DNA of 57,662 bases, taken from contig JAKQLP010000140.1 of the NCBI GenBank assembly GCA_029567095.1, positions 1 through 57,662 on the forward strand, written 5' to 3'. This document shows, piece after piece, positions 44,582 through 55,050 of the stretch (position 1 is the first letter of the stretch; every line of letters begins with the position of its first letter). Both the position numbers and the translations under genes were made by a program. The DNA is from a bacterium. Lineage in GTDB: Bacteria; Patescibacteriota; Dojkabacteria; B142; OLB20. The notes below the pieces were generated by a model. The model saw only the letters and a list, made by a program, of their open reading frames with translations. It was not told where the DNA came from and ran no database searches.

Positions 44582-44785
44582 TTATTCAGACAGCTCAAAT
44601 CCCCATTGATATTTATCGTATTCGATCTGAACATTATCAGTACCTAGCACTTTGGGCTCACTAAAGTTATTTGAATATATGGAATAACCTAATAAGGCCC
44701 CTCCTACTACTAGTAATACTAGAGCTACTTCAATAAAAAGATAGGATTGTATTAATTGAGTAAAGGCTAATCTAAAATTTTCCAT
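44582..44785 (-). CDS. Hypothetical small membrane protein
   Basis: 67 aa with one TM helix. It starts 2 nt after the UbiA gene stop. Confidence 0.4.
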   Translation of the reverse strand: MENFRLAFTQLIQSYLFIEVALVLLVVGGALLGYSIYSNNFSEPKVLGTDNVQIEYDKYQWGFELSE

Positions 44786-44786
44786 G

Positions 44787-45680
44787 TTATTTTATCATCC
44801 TGATGCCATCTGCCAATACCCAAAGTGAGGCAGCCGCTGCTGCTAAGACTAAGCTCCTGTGCAACCAGGTTTTGTAGTTCTTTTCTTTGGTTTTGAAATA
44901 TGTGAGAGCATTAAGTAAAAAGATTGGGACAAAAGAGATAAGATATCTTAATAAAAATCCTGATATATCATTAAGTAAAGTGGCAATATACAGAAAGCCA
45001 ATCCCCGCAATGATTATTAGTACTGTCTGAAGAGCAATAGCAGGCTTTTTACCCATAATTGTAGCAGTAGTTTTTATCTTGGTTTTAACATCGGTTTCAA
45101 AATCTCTTATCTCATTATCTAGTTGTCCATAGCCAGAAACTATCATTACTGCGATCAAAGCAGCCCAACCTGCTAATGATAAATTGTTGGAAAAAGCTAG
45201 ATATGATGTTAAGAAAATTGAACCTGAAAGCATATACATATGTGTTAAAACATCTATTACAGGCATTGCTTTGAGGCGTACTTTCCTCCAGGAATATAAT
45301 AAGGAGATCACTAAAGCCGCCAGGCCAGCCCAGAAAACATTTATTAGACCAGTAGTATAAGCAATATAGGCGTATATGATTAGACTAAGCAGAAATGTGA
45401 TGTTAGAAACTAACCAGCCTTCTTTTTTTGTTAATGAGCCATTACTTATGGGATTACGCTTCTTCTTCTTGGGGTTTTCTGAATCCTCTTCTGCATCTTC
45501 AGTATCATTGATCATAAAAGCATAGGTCATGGCTAGGAAGTTGGCAAATGCTATTGCTAATAATCTGGTACCAGCCCAGCCTTGAGCAAATATGACACTT
45601 ATTAAGGTCAAGGCCAAAGTAAAATCGTAAACTTCTATCCATCTACTTAGTGCAATAATCCCTTTGATTTTTTTAGTCAT
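44787..45680 (-). CDS. UbiA-family prenyltransferase
   Basis: NDTEDAEED (NDxxDxxxD) and a second Asp-rich motif (DNEIRDFETD), with 8-9 TM helices. Confidence 0.8.
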   Translation of the reverse strand: MTKKIKGIIALSRWIEVYDFTLALTLISVIFAQGWAGTRLLAIAFANFLAMTYAFMINDTEDAEEDSENPKKKKRNPISNGSLTKKEGWLVSNITFLLSLIIYAYIAYTTGLINVFWAGLAALVISLLYSWRKVRLKAMPVIDVLTHMYMLSGSIFLTSYLAFSNNLSLAGWAALIAVMIVSGYGQLDNEIRDFETDVKTKIKTTATIMGKKPAIALQTVLIIIAGIGFLYIATLLNDISGFLLRYLISFVPIFLLNALTYFKTKEKNYKTWLHRSLVLAAAAASLWVLADGIRMIK

Positions 45681-45685
45681 TATTA

Positions 45686-48052
45686 CTAATTAAGATTTAA
45701 AAACTGTCTAATAAATTTTCTTATAATTATTAATACAATAGCATAGGCAAGCCCCGAAATTAAAGCAATTATATGAAGTTCTATGGGAGAAGATGTCCCT
45801 GTATACATAGGGAAAATAAAGATTGCAGGAATTAAAAGCATAGCAATAAAAAGAACAAGTTTTAATAGTTCAAGAATCATTGTTTTAATTCCCTGCTGAG
45901 ATTTGTTAATAAGCTGTACAAAAATGATGTTTCTAACTCCTAGAGTTAGAAACCAGAAGTCTTTGAAATATGATAGGTTCCAGTTTTGGATTAGGAGATA
46001 ACTGATGATGTCTAAACAAATTCCTATAAATACAAGAGTAAATAAGACCATCTTCCCTTCCCTAATTCCAAAATTGGGACTTACAAATGGGATCCCTTTG
46101 TTATTTGGCTTGCTGATAAATTGCAAAGCAGCTATAAAGAAAATTATTTCCAGGACTAAGATTTGGGAAGGATTTATTGGTATGGTTTTTGATAGTAAAA
46201 GTAATGTGAATGTACTAAATAGTAGAGAAAAACCACTGACCAGCGCTATTTCTATATATTTTCTAAGAGATATTATCAGACCACGCATACTGAAAATTGC
46301 CTGAAGAATTAAAGACAGGTCTTTTTTATCTACCAGGATATCACTGTATTTTTTAATTAACTCGTTACTTTGCTCATTGACTATTGCGATATGAGAAATT
46401 TTCAAGCAAGGTATGTCATTAATACCTTCTCCTAAAAAAGCTAGATTATGATCAGTTTCTAGTACTTCCAATATTTTGTATTTATCAATTGGGTTAGCCC
46501 TCGCAATCACTTTGTACTTTTCAAGCTGACTTTTCAGGATCTTTGGGGAGTCATATTGCAGTTGAGATGCCTCTATTGCTTGATCTGTAGATTCAATAAG
46601 CCCTGTTTTCATTCCGACATAAATACAGGTATTAAGATTATCCCCTGAGATCATGATGCCATTTACGCCCATATCCTTGCCAAGTTCAATTTCCTCTTTA
46701 ACAGAGTGTTTAATCTCATCCTTAAAAAAAACTGTGCCTAAATATTCAACCTTTTTGCCTTTGATCTCAATTAAAGAAATTATTCTCTCCCCGATTTGAG
46801 TTCTTGTTTTAATTTTTAATGCCAGATCTAGATTGTCTTTGATTTGAAGTTCTGAAAGTACTTGTTCAGGAGATCCTTTTACAATAGTGTAATTGCTAAA
46901 TTTCCGGCTGGAGTTTTTTAAATATGGATCGAAAGAGTGATCAATGTAATCAAGATCTCTATTAAAATCTATCTTTTTGGTTTGAAGCAGTCTTTGAATG
47001 GCTAGGTCGAAGGCATCACTACTTCCTATGGAGCTTTCATTCAATTTGATTAGGAACAGTTCTTCTTTTATGGGAGTATCATAATCAATGACTTCTAATT
47101 GATTAGTTGTTAAGGTCCCGCTTTTATCAAAACAGAGCATATCTACCTGAGCTAGTTTCTCAAAAGAGTTCAGATCAAGCGTGGTAAAGCCCTGCTTATT
47201 GAGTGCTAAGATCAAGCGTAGTAAAGATAGGGAGCTTAATAATGGGAATAGGGTTGGGATAGTAGAAATTATGAGGGACATAATTAGTAATAATGAAATT
47301 GTATTGAATTCAGTTCCAGCTATAAGCAGTAATAAGATGAATAACATTATTAGAAGTAACATGAATAGCATGATCAGATTCAGAGTGCGGTTTGACCTTA
47401 AGTCCAATTCGCTTAATTGTTTCTGGTATAGCTTCTTACTTATTAAACCTGCATATTTAACCTTTGATCCGATTTTAATGATCCTAACTACAGCATTTCC
47501 GGAAACAAGGTAGGTATGAGCATAAAGCTTGTTTGTCTCATTATGTCTTTTGGGATTTTTAGGAGCAACCTTTATGACAGGGAATGAATTACCACTAATC
47601 AGAGATTCATCGATGCTTAGATCTTCGGCTTTAATGATTTCACAATCAGCAGGCACCATATCTCCGGCTTTTAAAATCACAATATCTCCCTCGACCAGAT
47701 CCTGCTTTTTAATTTGCTGAGTCTGATCTTCTCTAAGACTCTTATACAAGGGAGGATTGAATTTATCTCTTTTAAATAGGTATTTGCTTAAGAGAGACAT
47801 ATCAAAAATAGAAAGAATGAATTGCAGCATAATCAAAATTGATATCAGGAATGCTTCGAAATATGCTTGAAGTATTAAGCTGATGATAAGGATTGACAGA
47901 TCAATCAAAATTATCGGGGTCCGTAAATTCTTAATGCTCATCAAAATTAGATCCCAGATATGTAATGGGATTGTATTTGGACCATCTTTATGAAGTTTTA
48001 TCCTTACCTCTTCAAATGATAGAGTTTTGATTGTGGAATATTTTTGTTCCAT
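45686..48052 (-). CDS. P-type ATPase, divergent (P2-like cation pump)
   Basis: PADCEII, CFDKSGTLT (phosphorylation site) and GEGINDIPCL (hinge). The A-domain reads DESLISGNSFPVIK where TGES is expected. Confidence 0.85.
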   Translation of the reverse strand: MEQKYSTIKTLSFEEVRIKLHKDGPNTIPLHIWDLILMSIKNLRTPIILIDLSILIISLILQAYFEAFLISILIMLQFILSIFDMSLLSKYLFKRDKFNPPLYKSLREDQTQQIKKQDLVEGDIVILKAGDMVPADCEIIKAEDLSIDESLISGNSFPVIKVAPKNPKRHNETNKLYAHTYLVSGNAVVRIIKIGSKVKYAGLISKKLYQKQLSELDLRSNRTLNLIMLFMLLLIMLFILLLLIAGTEFNTISLLLIMSLIISTIPTLFPLLSSLSLLRLILALNKQGFTTLDLNSFEKLAQVDMLCFDKSGTLTTNQLEVIDYDTPIKEELFLIKLNESSIGSSDAFDLAIQRLLQTKKIDFNRDLDYIDHSFDPYLKNSSRKFSNYTIVKGSPEQVLSELQIKDNLDLALKIKTRTQIGERIISLIEIKGKKVEYLGTVFFKDEIKHSVKEEIELGKDMGVNGIMISGDNLNTCIYVGMKTGLIESTDQAIEASQLQYDSPKILKSQLEKYKVIARANPIDKYKILEVLETDHNLAFLGEGINDIPCLKISHIAIVNEQSNELIKKYSDILVDKKDLSLILQAIFSMRGLIISLRKYIEIALVSGFSLLFSTFTLLLLSKTIPINPSQILVLEIIFFIAALQFISKPNNKGIPFVSPNFGIREGKMVLFTLVFIGICLDIISYLLIQNWNLSYFKDFWFLTLGVRNIIFVQLINKSQQGIKTMILELLKLVLFIAMLLIPAIFIFPMYTGTSSPIELHIIALISGLAYAIVLIIIRKFIRQFLNLN

Positions 48053-48105
48053 TGCTTAGGTAAATTATAATAAATATAATGTGTTACAGGAACAACATAA
48101 TTTCT

Positions 48106-49623
48106 ATGAGACGTATTCTTCTCTTTTTACTAATTACTATTACTCTCCTACTTAGTTTGGCTTTCCTATTCAAAGTATCTACCACTCACACAGATAATAT
48201 TGTTATCCCTGTTGAGGAAAGCATAGAAATAAAATCATATTTGATTCCAGTTAGTTCCTTTAATTACTACCCTAATTCCATTTCCATGGAGGAATTAGTA
48301 GCTGAAAAGCTAGTAGCCCTTCCAAGATCCAAAGATGTTTTGGATAAGATATTACCGGAAACAACGATTGAGTATGTTAGTCAGGAAGAACTTAAAGTAA
48401 GAATAGATGATGGGGTTCTAGCCTTATTAGATGAGCAGGGTGTGACTCCGGATCTGAAAAGCCTCAGTATTAATGGGGATCTGTTCTGGAGTAAATCTTT
48501 CAATACTGATAACACTTATCCTCTGGTTTATGTTGAGCAGAAACCAATATCTCAAGTGAGTAATAAAGAATTGCTAGAGCATAAAAGAGTAGAACTGTTT
48601 TTTACTGGAGAGATAATCCCAGCTAGAGCAGTAGATAGATTAGCGCTAAATAAGAATAATAACTATACATATATGTATGATTTCTTTAAAGATGAATTAA
48701 ATAGTGCTGATATTAGTATTGGATTGTTAGAAAATCCCATTAGTGGTGATCCTTTCCCCTGTACCGGCTGTATGAGTTTTGTGGGAGATGCTAGAAATGC
48801 CTTGGGATTAAAAGAGGTGGGTTTCGATATTTTAAGTCTGGCCGGGAATCATGCCGGAGATGGTGGCCAATCAGCCTTTGCAGCTACTATCAAGAATTTA
48901 GATGAACAGGGAATAAAACATACCGGTGTGGGAAATAGTGATGAGACTAAATTAGCCCCAGCAATTATTGATTTAGATGGCTGGCGGATCGGGATGGTCT
49001 CGGCTGATACAGTTGCTTCCTATTATTGGAACCCTGGTACCAATTATTACGGTACAAATTGGTTCAGTAAGAAAAGCAATGCCGAGATAGATATGGATAG
49101 AGTTCAATTATTAAGACAATTGAAAGAAGACAATGATATTGACTATTTAATTGCGTATATGAGCTGGGGAGTTGAGTACACTAATAAGGCAACTAAGTTT
49201 CAGCAAGATCTAGCGCATGCCTTGATAGATAATGGCGTGGATCTGATTGTTGGATCTCATCCTCATTGGGTTCAAAATATTGAGTTTTATGAAGAAACAC
49301 CCATAATTTACTCTTTAGGTAATTTTCTATTTGATCAAAATCATACTGATCCTACCCGTCAGGCTATGAATGTAATGCTCTACTATTATGATAATGAATT
49401 AAAAAGTATTGAATTACTTCCTCATCTATCCTGTGGTCCATTTATTAGCAGTAGAAATATAACCGATGATTATTTAGCAGGTAATATATCTATGGAGGAT
49501 TTAATGGTTAATAATGAAAGAAATGGCTGTGTATATTTTCAGCCTCTACAATTAGATCAAGTTAGTCCTGTTTACAAGACAATTCTTGATCGGGTTATGC
49601 AGCATTCCAGTTTTAATTATTAA
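48106..49623 (+). CDS. CapA/PGA_cap-family metallophosphatase-like protein, membrane anchored
   Basis: ADISIGLLENP, LSLAGNHAGDGG, YMSWGVEY, GSHPHWVQ and YSLGNFLFDQ are CapA motifs. ATG at 48106 (MRRILLF) is preferred over the track start 48079. Confidence 0.82.
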   Translation: MRRILLFLLITITLLLSLAFLFKVSTTHTDNIVIPVEESIEIKSYLIPVSSFNYYPNSISMEELVAEKLVALPRSKDVLDKILPETTIEYVSQEELKVRIDDGVLALLDEQGVTPDLKSLSINGDLFWSKSFNTDNTYPLVYVEQKPISQVSNKELLEHKRVELFFTGEIIPARAVDRLALNKNNNYTYMYDFFKDELNSADISIGLLENPISGDPFPCTGCMSFVGDARNALGLKEVGFDILSLAGNHAGDGGQSAFAATIKNLDEQGIKHTGVGNSDETKLAPAIIDLDGWRIGMVSADTVASYYWNPGTNYYGTNWFSKKSNAEIDMDRVQLLRQLKEDNDIDYLIAYMSWGVEYTNKATKFQQDLAHALIDNGVDLIVGSHPHWVQNIEFYEETPIIYSLGNFLFDQNHTDPTRQAMNVMLYYYDNELKSIELLPHLSCGPFISSRNITDDYLAGNISMEDLMVNNERNGCVYFQPLQLDQVSPVYKTILDRVMQHSSFNY

Positions 49624-49950
49624 TTGCATTTTATGGGATACAAAATTGAGCATAATACAATGCTGAGGCTAACAAATGTAGACGAAATTGATATTACCTC
49701 CTTAGAACCCAATAAGATTTATGAGATTAAAAGAGATAATGCCAGGATCTATCCTGTTGATATCCCGATATTGCTTCTAAGCGAGGACTGGAGAGTTCTG
49801 GGGTATATAGCAATTAGAGAATTGGAATTATCTAAGACTGGAAGTGAAATAGAATTTGAGATCATAAAATTATTCCCAAATGAAGTTCAGGAAATCTATA
49901 CTATAGATCTTAAGGAGGTGCTTGTTAAAACAGGGTATCTAAGCTCCTAG
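49624..49950 (+). CDS. Hypothetical protein
   Basis: 108 aa. TTG start in the track; first ATG at 49633. It abuts the CapA gene stop. No domain recognised. Confidence 0.45.
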   Translation: MHFMGYKIEHNTMLRLTNVDEIDITSLEPNKIYEIKRDNARIYPVDIPILLLSEDWRVLGYIAIRELELSKTGSEIEFEIIKLFPNEVQEIYTIDLKEVLVKTGYLSS

Positions 49951-49996
49951 ATTGTCTTGACTTAGCGCAGTATAATCAAGGTGTAGTTATTCGTGA

Positions 49997-50644
49997 ATGA
50001 TGAAAAAATCTAAAGTATTAATAGCCATCATTCTTATCTTCCTAATTCTTCTTTGTTTAATAGTTTATCTGCTCACAAGGCCAGCTCCAGAAATCAATAA
50101 CAGCGATCAGGAAGCAAATATTACTGTTACAGTACAAGAGGATCTTGATAAAGAAGAAGAAAGGAATCTAACTCTTAACTTCAATTCTACTCAAGTTATA
50201 ATTCATCTTTATCCTTATGCAAATAAGAATAGGGAGGATTACAAATACCGATTATTCGAAATTGTTTATGTTGCTTCTGTTAATTCAAATGAGCAGTTTA
50301 TCAGTAAATACATAAGTACGGGAGAAGATTGGACTGGAAGCTATATTTCCTCTACGGAAACAGACACTATCTATATGGCTATGAGTAAACAGATCTGGCA
50401 TAAGATGGAATTGAAATCCAGAGATGATCTTAACAGTGCTTGTACTAAAAATCCTGTTGAATTAGCCGATGGTTATATTGCTGAATCATATAATTGTGAT
50501 GATTCAATCTCATTTTGCTATTTGCCAATAGATCAAGAACAAGGCCTTGTATATTCAACAAATCCAGGAAGTAATGAACCTTTGGATTTTTGTACGATAG
50601 CCAAACAGAATTCAATCAGTGGAATTAGCTTGAAAAGTTATTGA
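49997..50644 (+). CDS. Hypothetical membrane-anchored protein
   Basis: N-terminal TM helix (VLIAIILIFLILLCLIVYLL), then an ectodomain with 4 Cys. Confidence 0.5.
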   Translation: MMKKSKVLIAIILIFLILLCLIVYLLTRPAPEINNSDQEANITVTVQEDLDKEEERNLTLNFNSTQVIIHLYPYANKNREDYKYRLFEIVYVASVNSNEQFISKYISTGEDWTGSYISSTETDTIYMAMSKQIWHKMELKSRDDLNSACTKNPVELADGYIAESYNCDDSISFCYLPIDQEQGLVYSTNPGSNEPLDFCTIAKQNSISGISLKSY

Positions 50645-50655
50645 GGATTATTTTA

Positions 50656-50727
50656 TGACCTCACGGAGAATCGAACTCCGATTGTCGGGATGAAAACCCG
50701 ATGTCCTAACCGTTAGACGATGAGGCC
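50656..50727 (-). tRNA. tRNA-Glu (anticodon UUC)
   Basis: Reverse complement: GGCCTCA TC GTCT AACGGTTA GGAC A TCGGG TTTTCAT CCCGA CAAT CGGAG TTCGATT CTCCG TGAGGTC A. CCA is not encoded. Confidence 0.9.
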
Positions 50728-50769
50728 AATCAACTTTGGCACGCTTATTATATCAGTTCCCTAAATTCC

Positions 50770-51327
50770 TTACAATTGTAAAAATGACATTGTCATATGT
50801 TGGGGTAAATTGTTTTCGATTACACTCGATAAGCCTTCTTCATAAGTCAAATCCCCTATTATTAACATCTCAGTGATACCCAGATCCAGGGATTTAGTGA
50901 TCATGTTGTAGAGAATGGAACTATAAATACATTTTAAAGCAGATGCTGCCAGATCATATTTATGATTATTTAAGATCTCATCTAAAACCTGTTTTTGGAG
51001 ATCTTTAATTTCAATAGATTTTTCTAATTCAGCTTTAATATCAGTTTTTAAATTATCCCAGTTAGGCTTAGATTCGGGGAATTCATTTATGGTAAATGAG
51101 TGTATTGAATCATCCCCTTTAGTGGCAGACTCCAGTAGATCTTGAACCTGGAGCATCTCTTTTAGATCCAGATAGAGTTTAGAGAGATTACTTGGGAATG
51201 TTGAAATTGTTTTGTATTGCCCAGGTTTTGAAATTATTAAGATCTGACTTTGATCAGCATTTTCATACCAGGCCAATATTGGATAATTCCTTTTATCATT
51301 ATTAAGTTTTTCAGTTAATTTCTTCAT
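50770..51327 (-). CDS. Hypothetical protein
   Basis: 185 aa. Overlaps the 3' end of the GT4 gene by 17 nt. No domain recognised. Confidence 0.5.
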   Translation of the reverse strand: MKKLTEKLNNDKRNYPILAWYENADQSQILIISKPGQYKTISTFPSNLSKLYLDLKEMLQVQDLLESATKGDDSIHSFTINEFPESKPNWDNLKTDIKAELEKSIEIKDLQKQVLDEILNNHKYDLAASALKCIYSSILYNMITKSLDLGITEMLIIGDLTYEEGLSSVIENNLPQHMTMSFLQL

Positions 51328-52453
51328 ATACTTTTAATATCTTTTGAGTTAATAGATCCCAGCGGTATTTTTTTAAAAAGTTGCCTTTGTTTTCAAGTAA
51401 TTTTTCTTTTTTAGAAGGATTAGATAATAGATTGGTGATCTCTCTTAGCCATGCTTCCTGATCTTTTGGATCTATAAAAATACCGTGTTTATGTGTTAAA
51501 TATTCAATAGTTCCTCCTTTATCGCTGGAAATTATACCACATCCTTGAGCTAGGGCTTCTAAGAGCACACCTCCTGTAGCCTCATGGATGCTAGGAAGTA
51601 CAAAAATATCCCCTGCTGCATAAATATCCCTTAATTTTTCCTGAGGGATGTATTTAGCATTGAAAATGATATTACTATTAGCATAGTAGATCCTTTTCAA
51701 TTCTTCATAGTAGCCATCATCGCCACCTGCGATGAAAAAGAGGACTTTGGGAAGTGAGGCTACTGCTTTTTGAAGGAATTGAAAGCCCTTTGCATAATTT
51801 AATCTACCACATCCAATTACTACAGCATCCCATTGGGATTTATCGATCTCATATTCTTTATAGAAATTGTCTGCGTTGCCCTGCTCAAGCATTAAAGGAT
51901 TAATGCCATTGAATATGGTAGTAAGTTTTGTGGGAGTCACATGGAATTTATTGATAAATATTTCCTGTTCCGAGGGTAAGATGGTAATGATCTTATCCAG
52001 TTTATTCAACAGAAATTTCCCGAATGTAACATCATGTAATTTGATCAAAAACTCGCTCCATTTACTTCTGGTTGTTGTAGGGAAAGGATTATGAGAAGTC
52101 AGGACTATTCTTTTTCTTTTTAATTTTGCAGCTAATAGGGCTAGATAGGTTTCAAATTTCCTAAAGCCATGCACGTGAGCAATATCGAAATCATTTTTTA
52201 AAAGATAGAAAAACAACCCTGGAAAGAATCTATGATATTCGCTTAATGCAAAAAGCGTTAAAAAGCGTTTAATGGGAATGCCTTCAAAGCTTCCCACCTT
52301 ATTTGCAATTCTTTGCCCTATTTTACTAGAGTCGCTTGTCAGTACAGTGACTTCATGCCCTTCTTCTTTAAGGTATTTTGATAAGACAGCCACATGAGAT
52401 TCTACTCCCCCTGTTATGGGGTGAAAAAAGGTTGAGATCTGGAATATTTTCAT
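51311..52453 (-). CDS. GT4-family (GT-B fold) glycosyltransferase
   Basis: N-terminal FHPITGGVESHV, and C-terminal PSIHEATGGVLLEALAQG (the EX7E region). Confidence 0.85.
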   Translation of the reverse strand: MKIFQISTFFHPITGGVESHVAVLSKYLKEEGHEVTVLTSDSSKIGQRIANKVGSFEGIPIKRFLTLFALSEYHRFFPGLFFYLLKNDFDIAHVHGFRKFETYLALLAAKLKRKRIVLTSHNPFPTTTRSKWSEFLIKLHDVTFGKFLLNKLDKIITILPSEQEIFINKFHVTPTKLTTIFNGINPLMLEQGNADNFYKEYEIDKSQWDAVVIGCGRLNYAKGFQFLQKAVASLPKVLFFIAGGDDGYYEELKRIYYANSNIIFNAKYIPQEKLRDIYAAGDIFVLPSIHEATGGVLLEALAQGCGIISSDKGGTIEYLTHKHGIFIDPKDQEAWLREITNLLSNPSKKEKLLENKGNFLKKYRWDLLTQKILKVYEEIN

Positions 52454-55047
52454 ACCTCAAAACTAAAATCGTTTAATTTATAGTCAACCTTGATTATACT
52501 CCCCGACTTATACTTATTCTCTAAAATCCCAACTGAGATCGGATTTTCAATCAGTCTTTGGATGATCCTTCTTAAAGGTCTAGCACCATATTGAGGATCA
52601 AAGCCTCTTTTGGCAATCTCTTCTATTGCTCTGTCAGAAACAACCATATCCATATTCTGAGCTTTGAGAAGTCTTCTGGTTTTATCAAGTAAAAGTCTAA
52701 CTATTGAAATCAGATCAGCTGGCTCTAGAGGCTTAAATGTAATGATGTCATCTATCCTGTTCAAAAACTCGGGTTTAAAGGTTTGCTTTAGAAGTTCATC
52801 CAATTTTACCTGGACGTCTTTCCATTTTCGCGATCCATTTAATATATTAGGCTGCAATGGTTCGTTGCGCATTTTAATTAAACTGGATGTCGTTTCTTTA
52901 ATTTGAGGTCTATTCCCTTTCTTTTCTAGACTCAAGGCTTCTAAGATCACATTAGATCCAATATTACTAGTAGCTATTATTATGGTATTTTTAAAATCAA
53001 CAGTACGTCCCTTGGCATCGGTTAAGCGGCCATCATCTAGGATTTGAAGTAGGATATTAAATACATCTGGATGAGCCTTTTCAATTTCATCAAGTAAGAT
53101 CACACTATAAGGGTGTCTTCTGATCTTTTCAGTTAATTGACCTCCTTCTTCATAACCTACATAGCCTGGAGGGGAGCCTATTAGTTTGGCAATTGCATGT
53201 TTTTCCATATATTCGCTCATATCTAGTCTAATTAGGACCGATTCATCTCCAAATACTAGTTCGGCTAAAGCCTTAGCAAGTTCTGTTTTGCCAACCCCTG
53301 TGGGGCCGAGGAAAAGGAAGGAAGCAATTGGTCTATTAGGATTTTTAAGACCTACTCTAGATCGTCTTATGGCTTCGGCAACTAGTTTAATGGCTTCATC
53401 CTGGGAAATTACTCTTTCATGTAATTTCCCTTCAAGATTTAATAGTTGCTGTCTTTCTTGAGAAGAGATCTCGCTTAAGGGTATACCTGTCATTTTGGAA
53501 ATAACTAGATAAACATCAGCTGTAGTTACTTCAGGATTACCAGTACCAACCTCTCTTTTCCATTTGTCTTCCAGAGGCTGCATTTGTTCCTTTTTCTTTT
53601 CGATATCAACTTTAACTGCAGCAGCTTTTTCATGCCGATTAGCCCTGGTTAGAGACTCCCTTTCTCTTTCCAATTTCGATATTTCCATTTTTAAAGAGCG
53701 AAGCTCTTCTGGTTCGGCTGTTGCTCTGAGTCTTACCTTGCTTGAAGCTTCATCAATCACATCTATAGCTTTATCAGGAAGGAATCTATCTTTGATGTAT
53801 CTATCGCTCAATTGTGCAGCTGCCACCAATGCTTCGTCAGTAATTTTTAACCTGTGGTGTTCTTCATAGCGATCTCTTATACCACGCAAGATCTCAATGC
53901 TTTGTTCAACAGACGGCTCCTCGATCAATACAGGCTGAAAGCGTCTTTCCAGTGCTGCATCTTTCTCAATATATTTCTTGTATTCATTGATCGTTGTTGC
54001 TCCAATTACCTGCAGATCACCCCTTGCTAAAGCTGGTTTGATCATGTTTGCCAAGTCCATTTCTCCTTCCTGAGCTCCTGATCCAACTATGGTATGCAGC
54101 TCGTCAATAAAGAGAATGACTTCTCTATTACTTTTTTCTAATTCATTAATTAATTTTTTTGCTCTTTCTTCAAATTCACCACGGAATTTACTTCCGGCAA
54201 CCAATAATCCAATATCTAAGGCCTTTACCTGCTTGTCCTTTAATACATCGGGTACATTGCCTGTTAAGATCCTTTGGGCTAATCCCTCCACTATGGCGGT
54301 TTTACCTACACCAGGTTCGCCGATCAGAACAGGATTGTTTTTTTTACGTCTAGCTAGAATCTCAATTACTCTAGTGATTTCATCCGCTCTACCAACAACG
54401 GGGTCTATCTTGCCTTCTCTGGCTGATTGAGTTAGATCTTTAGAATATTTATCTAGTTCGGGAGTTAATGTTCTGATTTTCCCTGCAGTGCCTTCTTTGT
54501 CCCCCTCGCCTACTACTTTAATTACAGCTTGTCTTAGTTTGGGGTGGGAGACCCCGTGTTTTTTTAGGATTTGTGCAGCTAAACCTTCATTCTCCCTAAG
54601 CAGGCCTAATAAAAGATGCTCTGTCCCTATATAGTTATGGTTAAGTTGTAAGGCTTCCTGAAAGGCAAGTTGTAAAACTAGTTTAGCTCTGGGCGTTATT
54701 CCAATATTATTACCTTGGAAATCTCCTATTTGCATTTGAGCATCAACAAATTCCTTTAATTCTTTGGGGTCAAGATCAATACTTTTAAAGATATTACTGA
54801 TCAATTCGCCACTAGATAATAATGAGCTTAGTAGATGTTCAGTATCAATGTTCTTTTGCTTATGATCAAGGGTTATCTTGGCAGCTTCCTGGATAGCCTC
54901 TTTTGTTCTTTCCGAAAATAACTCAGTTATATCAGTTTTTTCCGAAGGTCCCTGATAATCTGAGAACTTATTAAAAGGATCGAAATCATCATTATATGGA
55001 TTGTCTGGGTCGTATGGAAAACCGGACATAGTTTTAAAAGCTAACAA
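52450..55047 (-). CDS. clpC: AAA+ chaperone ClpC-like (double Clp_N repeat, two NBDs, short middle domain)
   Basis: GTEHLLLGLL (Clp_N), GEPGVGKTA and FIDELH (NBD1), a coiled-coil linker of about 55 aa, then GPTGVGKTE, LLDEIEKAH and a sensor-2 region (NBD2). Confidence 0.9.
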   Translation of the reverse strand: MLAFKTMSGFPYDPDNPYNDDFDPFNKFSDYQGPSEKTDITELFSERTKEAIQEAAKITLDHKQKNIDTEHLLSSLLSSGELISNIFKSIDLDPKELKEFVDAQMQIGDFQGNNIGITPRAKLVLQLAFQEALQLNHNYIGTEHLLLGLLRENEGLAAQILKKHGVSHPKLRQAVIKVVGEGDKEGTAGKIRTLTPELDKYSKDLTQSAREGKIDPVVGRADEITRVIEILARRKKNNPVLIGEPGVGKTAIVEGLAQRILTGNVPDVLKDKQVKALDIGLLVAGSKFRGEFEERAKKLINELEKSNREVILFIDELHTIVGSGAQEGEMDLANMIKPALARGDLQVIGATTINEYKKYIEKDAALERRFQPVLIEEPSVEQSIEILRGIRDRYEEHHRLKITDEALVAAAQLSDRYIKDRFLPDKAIDVIDEASSKVRLRATAEPEELRSLKMEISKLERERESLTRANRHEKAAAVKVDIEKKKEQMQPLEDKWKREVGTGNPEVTTADVYLVISKMTGIPLSEISSQERQQLLNLEGKLHERVISQDEAIKLVAEAIRRSRVGLKNPNRPIASFLFLGPTGVGKTELAKALAELVFGDESVLIRLDMSEYMEKHAIAKLIGSPPGYVGYEEGGQLTEKIRRHPYSVILLDEIEKAHPDVFNILLQILDDGRLTDAKGRTVDFKNTIIIATSNIGSNVILEALSLEKKGNRPQIKETTSSLIKMRNEPLQPNILNGSRKWKDVQVKLDELLKQTFKPEFLNRIDDIITFKPLEPADLISIVRLLLDKTRRLLKAQNMDMVVSDRAIEEIAKRGFDPQYGARPLRRIIQRLIENPISVGILENKYKSGSIIKVDYKLNDFSFEV

Positions 55048-55050
55048 TTA

